From assembly GCF_006345805.1 (NCBI RefSeq), contig NC_043006.1, forward strand, positions 97,898,001 to 97,962,000: 64,000 bases of DNA, read 5' to 3'. Origin of the DNA: Octopus sinensis. Lineage: Eukaryota. Shown here one piece after another: positions 63,400 to 64,000 of the stretch. A program made the translations under genes and the position numbers. The notes under the pieces were generated by a model. The model was not told the origin of the DNA. It worked only from the letters and a program-made list of their open reading frames with translations, and searched no databases. Numbering within the stretch: position 1 is the stretch's first letter; the number at the start of each line of letters is the position of its first letter.

Positions 63400-63730
63400 C
63401 GGTCGCTACTATAGTTTATATATAACAACCCGACCCTTAACATGTTTTATGACCAGGCCCTAACCTCCATCAACGGCGGATGTGATCTGTTGGTCAGATT
63501 CTTATGACTATAAAGAGCAACATTCTACAGAATACTAAACAGCATAAGATTTCTTCGTGTAAGGCCAAATGCACGGACCCTGATGAAACTGCATTGACAA
63601 TATTAGAAGATATATAACTGGAAACACATCCATTACGTAAGAACTTCCTCAATATTATACCTCAGACAGTTCATACATAATAGATGCATTTCTTGATATG
63701 TGCTACGCAAAGCTTAAGCATACGTATTAA
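63400..63730 (+). pseudogene. Possible CR1/L2/Rex1-type endonuclease relic
   Basis: Fragments resembling GDFN and LDHCY motifs (LDMCYAKLKHTY); very degraded. Confidence 0.35.
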
Positions 63731-64000
63731 ATGATACCAAGATATCACTATTTCCTCTGAATTTATTATTACGACTTATACAACTCGATGCCAGTACAAA
63801 CTAATCAGGCTTGAATCTACAAATGCGAGTACTCTAATAATTATTTGGAGTAGTTTTTTATATTAGAGTCGAAAATTCTGGGGCTGTGCACCGCTTCTTA
63901 ATGTAATATGAAATATATATATTTATTTCATACCCGCTTTCTTGTTCTCGCAATTAGCCATCGCTCGAAGCATTTCAGAGTATGTATCATGCGTGGATAG

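Noticed and set aside
63580-63610. CTGATGA motif as another hammerhead
   Set aside because: No stem II followed by GAAA and no NUH arrangement.

Overview
Eukaryotic, very AT-rich, repeat-saturated animal DNA. Microsatellite density and the SINE/LINE complement resemble an octopus (coleoid cephalopod) genome; this is inference. It is probably intronic or intergenic: I could not confidently identify a host protein-coding gene, rRNA, true tRNA gene or CRISPR array. Most listed ORFs are microsatellite artefacts or transposon relics. Recognisable content: four non-autonomous Helitrons; three mariner copies (one full-length, nested in another at a TA); a DD37D maT-type relic; a hAT/Buster relic; several MITEs; three tRNA-derived SINE families; and non-LTR retrotransposon pieces of CR1/L2-like, Tx1/L1-like, R4/Dong (RLE), gag-knuckle and Penelope type. 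Most notable: (i) two copies of a ~200-bp repeat carrying a minimal type I hammerhead ribozyme; (ii) a LINE with two separately inverted 5' blocks and a 100-bp inverted duplication; (iii) five ACGTCAT-N11-C(C/G)AAT motifs with invariant spacing; (iv) a SINE sharing its 3' tail with a Tx1-like LINE lying in a (TATC)n array; (v) a tandemly duplicated 15-nt micro-exon candidate. Degenerate element boundaries are approximate and identities were counted by eye.
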